Source: an uncultured Clostridia bacterium
GTDB taxonomy: Bacteria > Bacillota > Clostridia > TANB77 > CAG-508
Direction of reading: 5' to 3'
Length of the DNA: 40,239 nucleotides
Assembly (NCBI GenBank): GCA_947624185.1
Contig: CANQJG010000003.1
Location: forward strand, 1-40,239
In this document: positions 29,803 to 38,231 of the stretch, in pieces
How positions within the stretch are numbered: the stretch's first letter is position 1
Layout: every line of letters starts with the position of its first letter
Notes under the pieces: generated by a model
Databases searched by the model: none
Told to the model about the DNA's origin: nothing
Seen by the model: the letters and a program-made list of their open reading frames with translations, nothing else
Made by a program: the position numbers and the translations under genes

Positions 29803-31365
29803 TTATATTTCTTGATCATCTAAATCTATTTTTTTATCATTTGTTGTTTTCTCTGTATTTTGAATATTTCTTGCCTTTTTATATTCATTATAAATTCTTT
29901 TCCATTTTAATGGATCATATAATTTATTTCTTGTTTGTACTATCCTTAATGCTTTGTTTATTGTATCTAATGCAATTTTGTCTTCTTTCAACTCTTTTTT
30001 ATGTAATTTTAAATATCCTTCTGAGTGTTTATATATTTTTGCTTTAAAAGCCGCTTCTGATTGAACTAATACTTGTAATGTCTCATCTTCTCCTTCTATT
30101 AATTCTTTTATTTCTTCTATTTTATTTAACATATCTTTTGAATCTGATTTTTCTATTAATTTTCTTGCTTTCCCTATTGCATCTAATTCTTTATTTTTTT
30201 CTGTAAAGATTTCTTCAAAGTCATCTTCTGTTTCATCTAATTTTATTGATTCTACTCTTACAATTGGTTCTTTTTTTCTGTCTTTATTTCTTTCTTCTTC
30301 TGCGATACTCCTTAAACTATTCATTGCTTTTACATTGTCAGGTTCTATCTTTAATACTTTTTCTAATAATTCTTTTTCTCTGTCTTTATTTCTTTCTTCT
30401 TTTGCGATTCTTATTAAACTATATATTGTTATTACATTATTAGGCTCTAATTTTAATATTTTTTCTAATAATTCCTTTTCTCGTTTTTTATTTTGCTCTT
30501 CTCTTGCAATTCTTATTAAGCTACTCATTGCTATTGTATTATTAGGCTCTATTTCTAATATTCTTTCTAGTAATTTCTTTTCTTGATCTTTGTTTTGCTC
30601 TCTTCTTGCAATTTTTATTAATCTACCCATTGCTTTTACATTATTAGGCTTTAATTCTAATAATTTCTCCAGTAATTCCTTTTCTCGATTTTTATTTTTT
30701 TCTTCTCTTGCAATTCTTATTAAGCTGCTCATTGCTATTATATTATTAGGCTCTATTTCTAATATTTTTTCTGATAATTCTTTTTCTCGATTTCTATTTT
30801 TTTCTTTCCTTGCTATAATTATTAAATTAATCATCGTTCTTGCATTATCAGGATCTACATTTAATATTTTTTCTAGTAATTCTTTTTCTCGATTTCTATT
30901 TTTCTCTTCTCTTGCAATTTTTGTTAACGTATACATTGCTATTACATTATTAGGCTCTATTTCTAATATTTTTTCTGATAATTCTTTTTCTCGATTCCTA
31001 TTTTTCTCTTTTATTGCTATACCTATTAAACTAATCATTACTTGTACATTGTCATTTTCTACTTTTAATATTTTTTCCAGTAATTCTTTTTCTTCTTCTT
31101 GATTACCTTTTTGTTTTGCTATTAGCATTTCTAAAGATAATATAACAATTCTATTTGATTTTGGGCTTAATTTATTAATTTCTATTCTTGCTTCTTCAAT
31201 GTTTCCTTCTTTTATTAGTCTTTTAGCTTTTTTTCTTATTTCTATTTCTTTTTTCCATTTGTTCAAAGTTGAAATAGATATTTGAGTATCTTTACTTATC
31301 TGTTCTAAGTCTTCATTTGCTTTTATTCTTTCTTCTATCTCATTTTTTACTTTATAAGAATACAT
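29803..31365 (-). CDS. N-terminal HTH plus eight 34-aa TPR-like repeats, function unknown
   Basis: LEQISKDTQISISTLNKWKK HTH-like; repeats NxxREKELLEKILxxEPNNxxAMxxLIxIAREEx; start at ATG 31365 (GGGGGA RBS) or up to 31386. Confidence 0.8.
   Translation of the reverse strand: MYSYKVKNEIEERIKANEDLEQISKDTQISISTLNKWKKEIEIRKKAKRLIKEGNIEEARIEINKLSPKSNRIVILSLEMLIAKQKGNQEEEKELLEKILKVENDNVQVMISLIGIAIKEKNRNREKELSEKILEIEPNNVIAMYTLTKIAREEKNRNREKELLEKILNVDPDNARTMINLIIIARKEKNRNREKELSEKILEIEPNNIIAMSSLIRIAREEKNKNREKELLEKLLELKPNNVKAMGRLIKIARREQNKDQEKKLLERILEIEPNNTIAMSSLIRIAREEQNKKREKELLEKILKLEPNNVITIYSLIRIAKEERNKDREKELLEKVLKIEPDNVKAMNSLRSIAEEERNKDRKKEPIVRVESIKLDETEDDFEEIFTEKNKELDAIGKARKLIEKSDSKDMLNKIEEIKELIEGEDETLQVLVQSEAAFKAKIYKHSEGYLKLHKKELKEDKIALDTINKALRIVQTRNKLYDPLKWKRIYNEYKKARNIQNTEKTTNDKKIDLDDQEI
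30289..31104 (-). repeat. 8 x 102-bp coding tandem repeat
   Basis: Eight ungapped 34-codon units visible at DNA and protein level. Confidence 0.9.
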
Positions 31366-31389
31366 TGAAAATTCCCCCATAGTCATTTA

Positions 31390-32247
31390 TTATTTTGTTC
31401 TTTTGCGAAGATTTTCCCTATTTTTCTCTGCCTTGTTTTTCTTAGCAATCTTTACTATTAATATTATTACTAACAAAAATAGTATTACTGCAACGGCAAC
31501 TAAAAAGGCTATTGCTTTGTTTTCATCTTTAAAAAATTCTGTAACATAATCTTTTGCTTTAATAAAGAAATCATTATTTTCTACTTTAGTAATAATTGTT
31601 TTTTCTACTGCTACATTTACTGTGATTTCATAAACTGTAGTATCTTTTCCGTTTCTTAAAATAATTGTAATTATATTTTCTCCTGACTCTAAGCCTGTGT
31701 TTCCTATTACTTCAATTTCTGCACTTTCAATAGAAGCAACTGCATTTACATTAACATCAGTACTTTCTCTATCACTTTTCATATTAGCTGTATATTTAAA
31801 GTTCAAATCACTTAATGGCTCATTTATAGTGGCTTTATCAATACTTAATTCTGTAAGCTTTAAACCATTATCTTCCTGTTTGGTTACAATTATGTTGTAT
31901 GTTTTCGTTGTTTTATTTTGTGCTGTTACAACAATTTTAATTGTACTTTCCTTGTTAGATAATCTCGTATTTCCACTTATCCTTTTAGTAGCCTTTTCGT
32001 TTTCAGTTTCGGCATTTACTTCAAGTGAAGATACACTTGTTGGCACAACTAGATAATAATTTAATGTATATTTATTAAATTCAGGTGACAAGGTATATCC
32101 TTCAACTGATAAAGATTTTAAATAATTGTTTGCTTTTTCACTTTGTATGGTATTTGTAGAGCTACTAGTAGCTTGCGAAAAATTAATTCCACTTATTAAA
32201 AAAATTATTGTTAATATACTGATTAATACAATGTTTGATTTTTTCAT
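31390..32247 (-). CDS. Membrane-anchored protein with two cadherin-like beta-sandwich domains
   Basis: NNYLKSLSVEGYTLSPEFNKYTLNY...IVVTAQNKTTKTYNIIVTK; second similar domain; signal peptide and C-terminal TM. Confidence 0.8.
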   Translation of the reverse strand: MKKSNIVLISILTIIFLISGINFSQATSSSTNTIQSEKANNYLKSLSVEGYTLSPEFNKYTLNYYLVVPTSVSSLEVNAETENEKATKRISGNTRLSNKESTIKIVVTAQNKTTKTYNIIVTKQEDNGLKLTELSIDKATINEPLSDLNFKYTANMKSDRESTDVNVNAVASIESAEIEVIGNTGLESGENIITIILRNGKDTTVYEITVNVAVEKTIITKVENNDFFIKAKDYVTEFFKDENKAIAFLVAVAVILFLLVIILIVKIAKKNKAEKNRENLRKRTK

Positions 32248-32380
32248 TTTATAATTCCTTCCTTAGTTCAAATTGTTTGACAATAATTGATTTTTATTTA
32301 TGTAAAATTGCGTATTTTTCCTGTATAAATTTTATCATAAGATAATAAAAAGTCAATACAATATTCGCTTATAATTTTAT

Positions 32381-32580
32381 AAATACATGAAAATAGTTGT
32401 TTTTGAATACGCCGCGCAGCGCCCAACCGGAGCGTTAGCGTAGGGCGAATGAAGCAAATTTCATACAAGCGCCGAATGGCATTATGTAAGCTTTATGAAG
32501 TAAATTAATTGCAAAGCCATGAAGGCATAATGGAATTTGCGACAGCAAGGCATGAAAAAAACAACTATTTCCATGTATTT
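32381..32580 (+). repeat. Dispersed structured element, copy B
   Basis: Core 32412-32550; 24-bp IR with one mismatch (32381-32404 / 32557-32580). Confidence 0.92.
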
Positions 32581-32608
32581 TTATATTTAATAATTATATT
32601 TTTTATAT

Positions 32609-33193
32609 TTAAATAATAAACTTTGTAATTGCTAGTCCATCTCCAACTTCTAAAATTTCAGTGGATAAATTCGGATTTTCTGTAACATTTTTTATATATT
32701 CTCTTAAATGATTTACAGCAGTTCTTTGTTTGTGCTTGTTATAATCACTCATTACATAACCTTTATATAAAATATTATCTGCAAAAATTACTCCATTTTT
32801 ATTAAGCATCCTCAAAGCGTGTTCTAAGAAAAAAGGATATTTTGTTTTAGCAGCGTCAATAAAAACCATATCATATTTATTGTCCATTTTAGGTAATATT
32901 TCTACTGCGTCTCCTTCATAAATATTAATTACATTTTCTTTTTCCATTATTTTTATATTTTCTTTTGCTTGTTTAACCATATTTTCGTCACGCTCTATCG
33001 TATCTATTACTCCGCCTTCGCTTAAAAACTGAGAAAAACATATTGCAGAATATCCTACTGCTGTACCAATTTCAAGTATTCTATTTATCTTTTTATTTTC
33101 CATATATTTTTCAATAACTTCTAATGTGTCGTCCATAATAATTGGTACATGATTAGCTATCGCTCTTTGCTTTATTTTAGATAATTTATCCAT
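32609..33193 (-). CDS. Class I SAM-dependent O-methyltransferase (YrrM/TrmR-like)
   Basis: VPII, ILEIGTAVGYSA, YDMVFIDAAK, IFADNILYKG, VGDGLAI. Confidence 0.88.
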   Translation of the reverse strand: MDKLSKIKQRAIANHVPIIMDDTLEVIEKYMENKKINRILEIGTAVGYSAICFSQFLSEGGVIDTIERDENMVKQAKENIKIMEKENVINIYEGDAVEILPKMDNKYDMVFIDAAKTKYPFFLEHALRMLNKNGVIFADNILYKGYVMSDYNKHKQRTAVNHLREYIKNVTENPNLSTEILEVGDGLAITKFII

Positions 33194-33304
33194 TATATAT
33201 TTGCTCCTTTAGATTTTTACATTATTCTATATTATATATTAAGTTGTCAATTTTTTCCAATACTCATATAATTTAATAGCACATTTTTTATAATACTATT
33301 TTAA

Positions 33305-33505
33305 TCAAAATCAAAAAAATATAATAGTTGTAGCAACCGCGCAGCGCCCAACCGAAGCGTTAGCGAAGGGCGAATGAAGCAAATTACATACAAGCGCCGA
33401 ATGGCATTATATATTGCATAAAGTACACTAATTGCATAGCCATGAAGGCATAATGGAATTTGCGACAGCAAGGTGCAAAGACTATTATATTTTTTAAGAT
33501 TTTGA
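33305..33505 (+). repeat. Dispersed structured element, copy C
   Basis: Core 33337-33473; ~24-bp imperfect IR (33305-33328 / 33481-33505). Confidence 0.92.
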
Positions 33506-33542
33506 ATATATAGTAACAGAAAATTATAATCATCCACAATGT

Positions 33543-35366
33543 CTATTCTTTAACTGTTCTTCTTGCTTCTCTTTCACGTGTTTTTGTATCCAATATTTTC
33601 TTTCTTAATCTAATATTTAAAGGTGTAACTTCAACAAGTTCGTCATCTTCTATAAATTCAATAGCTTGCTCTAATGACATATTTAAAGGTGGAACTAGAC
33701 GAAGTGCATCATCTGAACCTGATGCTCTAGTGTTAGTTAGATGTTTCTCTTTGCATACGTTTACTGATAAATCTTCATATCTTGGATTTATTCCAACTAT
33801 CATACCTTCATAAACTTCTACACCTGGTTCGATTAAAAGTTCTCCCCTTAATTGTGCATTATATAAACCATAAGTAATTGATGTTCCTGCTTCAAAAGCA
33901 ACTATAACGCCTTTTGTTCTTGATTGGATTTCTCCTTTATATGGCTCATAATCTTTAAATACACTTGCCATCCTTCCTTCGCCTTTTGTATCTGTTAAGA
34001 ATTCTGTTCTATAACCAATTAATCCTCTTGAAGGTATTTCGAATTCTATCTTAGTGTGACCGCTTTCAGCAGGTTCCATATTTACCATTTCAGCTTTTCT
34101 TTTTCCTAATTTTTCAATAACAGTTCCAACTGAATCGTCAGGAATATTTACGCTTAAAACTTCAATAGGTTCGCATTTTACACCTTCAATTTCTTTGAAA
34201 ATAACTTTTGGACGAGATACTAAAAGCTCAAATCCTTCTCTTCTCATAGTTTCAATAAGAACTGATAAATGTAATTCTCCACGACCACATACTTCAAAAC
34301 TATCTGCCTTATCTGTATCGCTAACTCTTAATGAAACATTTCTTTCAAGCTCTTTTTGCAATCTATCTCTGATATGTCTAGAAGTAACAAATTTACCTTC
34401 TTTTCCAGCCAAAGGTCCGTCATTTACACTAAAAGTCATTGAAACTGTTGGTTCATCAATATTAACGAAATCGATTTTTTCCGGATGATCTACATCACAA
34501 ATTGTCTCTCCAATGTTTATATCAGGGATTCCTGAAATAACTACTATGTCTCCGGCTTTAACTTCTTCAGCTTCAACTCTTTTTAATCCTTCATAAGTGA
34601 ATAATTTAGCAATTTTGCCTTGAGCAACATCTCCATTTTCCTTGCAAATGCTAACAGTTTGACCAGCTTTTATTGTACCACGTTCTACTCTACCTGAAGC
34701 CAATCTTCCAAGGTAATCATCATAACCAATATTAGAAACTAGAAGTTGTAAAGTACCGTCAATATCACATTTTGGTGGATCAATTTTTTCAACAATTGTA
34801 TCAAAAATGCACTTAACATTGTCGCTCTCATCTTCTAAATTCATTTTAGCAATTCCATTTTTAGCAGACGCATATATAACTGGAAAGTCTAATTGCTCAT
34901 CATTAGCACCCAAATCAATAAATAACTCTAGAACATCATCTACAGCTTTTACAGGATTTGCACCAGGTCTATCAATTTTGTTGATAACAACAATTGGTTG
35001 TAAATCTAGTGCTAAAGCTTTTTTTAAAACTTCCCTTGTTTGAGGCATTGGACCGTCAAATGCATCAACCAAAAGTAAAACTCCGTCAACAGTTTTAAGA
35101 ACACGCTCAACTTCTCCTTCAAAATCAGCATGTCCTGGAGTATCAACAATATTTATTTTTATATCATTATACATAATTGATGTGTTTTTAGAAAGAATTG
35201 TGATTCCTCTTTCTCTTTCCAAGTCGTTAGAATCCATTACTCTTTCTTCAACTTGTTCATTATCTCTAAAAACGTGACTCTGACGTAAAAGTGCATCAAC
35301 CAATGTTGTCTTTCCATGGTCAACGTGCGCAATAATTGCAATATTTCTTATATTTTCGTTTATCAT
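33543..35366 (-). CDS. typA: Translational GTPase TypA/BipA
   Basis: IRNIAIIAHVDHGKTTLVD, ERERGITILSK, DTPGHADF, GRGELHLSVLIETMRREG, DDELVEVTP. Confidence 0.97.
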   Translation of the reverse strand: MINENIRNIAIIAHVDHGKTTLVDALLRQSHVFRDNEQVEERVMDSNDLERERGITILSKNTSIMYNDIKINIVDTPGHADFEGEVERVLKTVDGVLLLVDAFDGPMPQTREVLKKALALDLQPIVVINKIDRPGANPVKAVDDVLELFIDLGANDEQLDFPVIYASAKNGIAKMNLEDESDNVKCIFDTIVEKIDPPKCDIDGTLQLLVSNIGYDDYLGRLASGRVERGTIKAGQTVSICKENGDVAQGKIAKLFTYEGLKRVEAEEVKAGDIVVISGIPDINIGETICDVDHPEKIDFVNIDEPTVSMTFSVNDGPLAGKEGKFVTSRHIRDRLQKELERNVSLRVSDTDKADSFEVCGRGELHLSVLIETMRREGFELLVSRPKVIFKEIEGVKCEPIEVLSVNIPDDSVGTVIEKLGKRKAEMVNMEPAESGHTKIEFEIPSRGLIGYRTEFLTDTKGEGRMASVFKDYEPYKGEIQSRTKGVIVAFEAGTSITYGLYNAQLRGELLIEPGVEVYEGMIVGINPRYEDLSVNVCKEKHLTNTRASGSDDALRLVPPLNMSLEQAIEFIEDDELVEVTPLNIRLRKKILDTKTREREARRTVKE

Positions 35367-35452
35367 TTTCTTACCCTCTTTTATTATCTTTTCTTATTAT
35401 GATTTTTTGTTTTTTATTATGGTTTTTGTATGTTTTTTTTGCTTATTTATTT

Positions 35453-36517
35453 TTAATTAAGACTACTATACTCATTGCTCGTGCCTTCTAATTCTTTTAT
35501 AGAAAGTTCGATTTTTTTCTTTTCCAAATTTATATCTATTATTTTAGTATTAACTTCTTCTCCAATTTGTAACTTTTCTTCAGGTTTAGAAATCCTTTCT
35601 TCACAAATTTGAGAAATATGTATAAGACCGTCTACTCCTTCTGTAATTTGAGCAAACACTCCAAAAGGCATAAACTTTCTAATTTTTACTTTTACAATGT
35701 CTCCTACTTTATAATTAATACTTTCCCAAGGATCTACACCTTTTCCTTCATAAGACAATTTGATTCTCTTATTTTCTTTGTCTAATTCTTTAATAGTAAC
35801 ATTTATTTTTTGACCTTGTGTTAAAATATCTTGTACTTTGGCATCTCTGTTCCATGAAATCTCTGAAATGTGAAGCAAGCCTTGGACTCCATTAATATCA
35901 ACAAATGCACCATAAGAGCATATACTTGACACAATACCTTCGTATTCCTTTCCAACTTCAGCATTGCTCCAAAAGTCATTTTCAGCTTTTTCCTTTATTT
36001 CATCTAAAACAGCTTTGCAAGAACCGATTATTTTACGTTCCTTTGGATTGTATTCAATAATTTTAAATCTTACTATGTCTTTTTGACCACAAGAAAGTGA
36101 GTTAGGAATAAACACTCTAATTCCATTTATATTTATAACCAGACCTTTGTCAGTAACTTCGTTAACTTTTTCTTCAAAGATTTCGTTGTTTTCTACTTTT
36201 TCTTCAAACTCTTTTTTTGCTTCTTGACTTTTTAATCTTTTGCAAGATAAAAGTACGTTACCCAAACCGTCATTTAATTTTAGAATTTCAAATTTTATTT
36301 TGTCTCCAGCTTTCACTTCTTTAGCAGGATCTACATTTTCATCATACGAATACTCAGATTTCGGAATTATACCGTCAGCTTTGTAATTTAAGTCAACAAA
36401 AATTTCTCCCTTGCTACTTACATTAATAACTGTTCCTTCTGTTATTTTTTCTAACTTTTGATTTTCGTTCATTGAATTATTTAATAACTCTTCAAATGAG
36501 ATATTTTCTTCGTTCAT
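35453..36517 (-). CDS. rpsA: Ribosomal protein S1-like protein (about four S1 domains)
   Basis: VDLNYKADGIIP, YGAFVDINGVQGLLHISEISW, FGVFAQITEGVDGLIHISQI. Confidence 0.88.
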   Translation of the reverse strand: MNEENISFEELLNNSMNENQKLEKITEGTVINVSSKGEIFVDLNYKADGIIPKSEYSYDENVDPAKEVKAGDKIKFEILKLNDGLGNVLLSCKRLKSQEAKKEFEEKVENNEIFEEKVNEVTDKGLVININGIRVFIPNSLSCGQKDIVRFKIIEYNPKERKIIGSCKAVLDEIKEKAENDFWSNAEVGKEYEGIVSSICSYGAFVDINGVQGLLHISEISWNRDAKVQDILTQGQKINVTIKELDKENKRIKLSYEGKGVDPWESINYKVGDIVKVKIRKFMPFGVFAQITEGVDGLIHISQICEERISKPEEKLQIGEEVNTKIIDINLEKKKIELSIKELEGTSNEYSSLN

Positions 36518-36624
36518 TAAAAATTTTATTCCTTTTATACGTATATTTAGGTTTTTAGAAGGTTACCTATAAACCTTTATTAAATCATTATTTTGTTATA
36601 TTTTACTACTAAGTCAACATTATA

Positions 36625-36653
36625 ATTATACCGTAACATTGACCGTTTGTCAA
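36625..36653 (-). promoter_or_regulatory. Sigma-A promoter of rpsA
   Basis: TTGACA-17 bp-TATAAT on the minus strand. Confidence 0.8.
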
Positions 36654-36725
36654 CATAACAGATTGTATAAAACTTATAAAATTGCTTTTAGCTTTTCACT
36701 TGACCAACTGATTATATAAAAATAA

Positions 36726-36754
36726 ATTGATGTACGAAAATTTCGCACACCAAT
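36726..36754 (-). terminator. Terminator after the pilin-like pair
   Basis: Minus strand attggtgtgcgaaa-t-tttcgtacatcaat (two G-U pairs) then ttatttt. Confidence 0.7.
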
Positions 36755-36770
36755 TCACTTAAGATTTAAT

Positions 36771-38222
36771 TTATTTCATATAAAGTACCACACGAAAACC
36801 TGTAATCATACTATAAGCACTCTTTAGAGTATCATCACCTTCGGCATGAACTACAGGGCACTCATTTCCTGCATATTTAAAGCTTCCACCACGAAGAATA
36901 ACATACATTGTACTATCTTTAATATTGTGAGCAGTCGTCCATTCCCATACATTTCCTGCCATATCATATATATTATATGCTTTGAAATCATTACATACAC
37001 CTGTTGCCAGTTCTATTCTGGTTTTGTACGTTTTGCTACTTTTTTCATAACTTTGATCAGCCTTTGCTGTTACTGAACTTTTATTATATGTTGAAGCATA
37101 ATCCCATGTGTCTTTATCTTCATCACTATTTAAACCATGTTTTGCCCAAAAGCCATTTATTTTTGTATAATTTGTTGTCGTATTATTATAATAGTTTCCC
37201 CAATTTGTTGAATTTGATATTGTTTTTCCAATACTAGCAAATAGATTACAAATCACATTCCATGCTTGACTGTCTACTAAATAACTTCCTACACTATCTT
37301 TATTCTTATCTTTATACATATTTTCTGCTACTATTTTAGCGCTTGCTTGGCTTATATAATTCCATACTGGTTCACCTTTTTTACTTACTGGTGATAAATT
37401 TTTTATTGCATCTAATCCAGCTTTATTTGTCTGGCCCCTATTAGAATGATCATATGTTAAATCGCCTTTAACATAAAAACCTGCATTACTTGGAATTCCT
37501 GCTTCATACCTTGCTATATAAAATCCACCATATTTTCTTATACTTTCTTTTGCTTTACTTGTTTGATTTTTCTCCCAACTCGAAGTTATTGCACTTATTC
37601 CCGAATCACCTGAAGCACCACTATTGTATTCGTTATTTACATTTGTAATATCAGCACTTGTATAATCATCACTCCACGCTAGTCCATTGCCTGCAGTTGA
37701 TGTTCCATTTGTTTCATACGGAGTATTATGACTCCAGCCTTTATCCATTACATCATTTTTTGCATCTTCATATTCTTGTTCTGTACATGGTATCCATACA
37801 AATTGATTTCCGCCACCACTATTGTTTAAGTCATCTCCTGAAACATCTGATATTACAAATCCTGTTTTTCTATTTCCACCTGCATAATAGAATCCCTTTG
37901 GTATTGGTATTATATATCCTTTTCCATCTGACGTTGGTGTTACTATACTTGTATCCCAATTTTTATTACTTGGTATCTCTGTTTCTTCTCCTGCACCTTT
38001 CAATCTTGCTTCCATTTCTTCTTCTAAATCTTGTAAACCATTTTCTTCTTCATTTTGGGCACCTTCATATTTTTCTGTTGCTTGTTTTGTTTTATCAATT
38101 AATCCATTATCTCCCAAAGTTAGATTCAAGGTGACTCCTGCTAAAATTAACATTATTATGATTGTAATTACAAGTGACAGTATAGTTATACCTTGCTCTT
38201 TTTGATTTTTCTTCTGTTTCAT
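36771..38222 (-). CDS. Type IV pilin-like N-terminus fused to an FGE-sulfatase/C-type-lectin-fold domain (paralogue 2)
   Basis: QKEQG|ITILSLVITIIIMLILAGVTL class III signal; GNQFVWIP, GGFYIARYEAG, NIYDMAGNVWEWT, RGGS...GFRVVLY. Confidence 0.82.
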   Translation of the reverse strand: MKQKKNQKEQGITILSLVITIIIMLILAGVTLNLTLGDNGLIDKTKQATEKYEGAQNEEENGLQDLEEEMEARLKGAGEETEIPSNKNWDTSIVTPTSDGKGYIIPIPKGFYYAGGNRKTGFVISDVSGDDLNNSGGGNQFVWIPCTEQEYEDAKNDVMDKGWSHNTPYETNGTSTAGNGLAWSDDYTSADITNVNNEYNSGASGDSGISAITSSWEKNQTSKAKESIRKYGGFYIARYEAGIPSNAGFYVKGDLTYDHSNRGQTNKAGLDAIKNLSPVSKKGEPVWNYISQASAKIVAENMYKDKNKDSVGSYLVDSQAWNVICNLFASIGKTISNSTNWGNYYNNTTTNYTKINGFWAKHGLNSDEDKDTWDYASTYNKSSVTAKADQSYEKSSKTYKTRIELATGVCNDFKAYNIYDMAGNVWEWTTAHNIKDSTMYVILRGGSFKYAGNECPVVHAEGDDTLKSAYSMITGFRVVLYMK

Positions 38223-38231
38223 TTTTACCTC

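Noticed and set aside
32381-32580. tRNA, riboswitch or 6S RNA identity for the dispersed element
   Set aside because: No cloverleaf or T-loop motif; it occurs in both orientations relative to downstream genes; three near-identical copies within 7 kb are not expected for 6S RNA. An Rfam scan is still needed.
33301-33537. 78-aa minus-strand ORF (and the 80-aa ORF at 26745-26987)
   Set aside because: Both merely cross the GC-rich repeat element; no RBS or recognisable domain, and copy B's core is 2 bp longer, so the frame is not conserved.
35367-35452. T-rich low-complexity intergenic tract (similar tract at about 9590-9660)
   Set aside because: Consistent with general AT and strand bias; no periodicity or structure seen.
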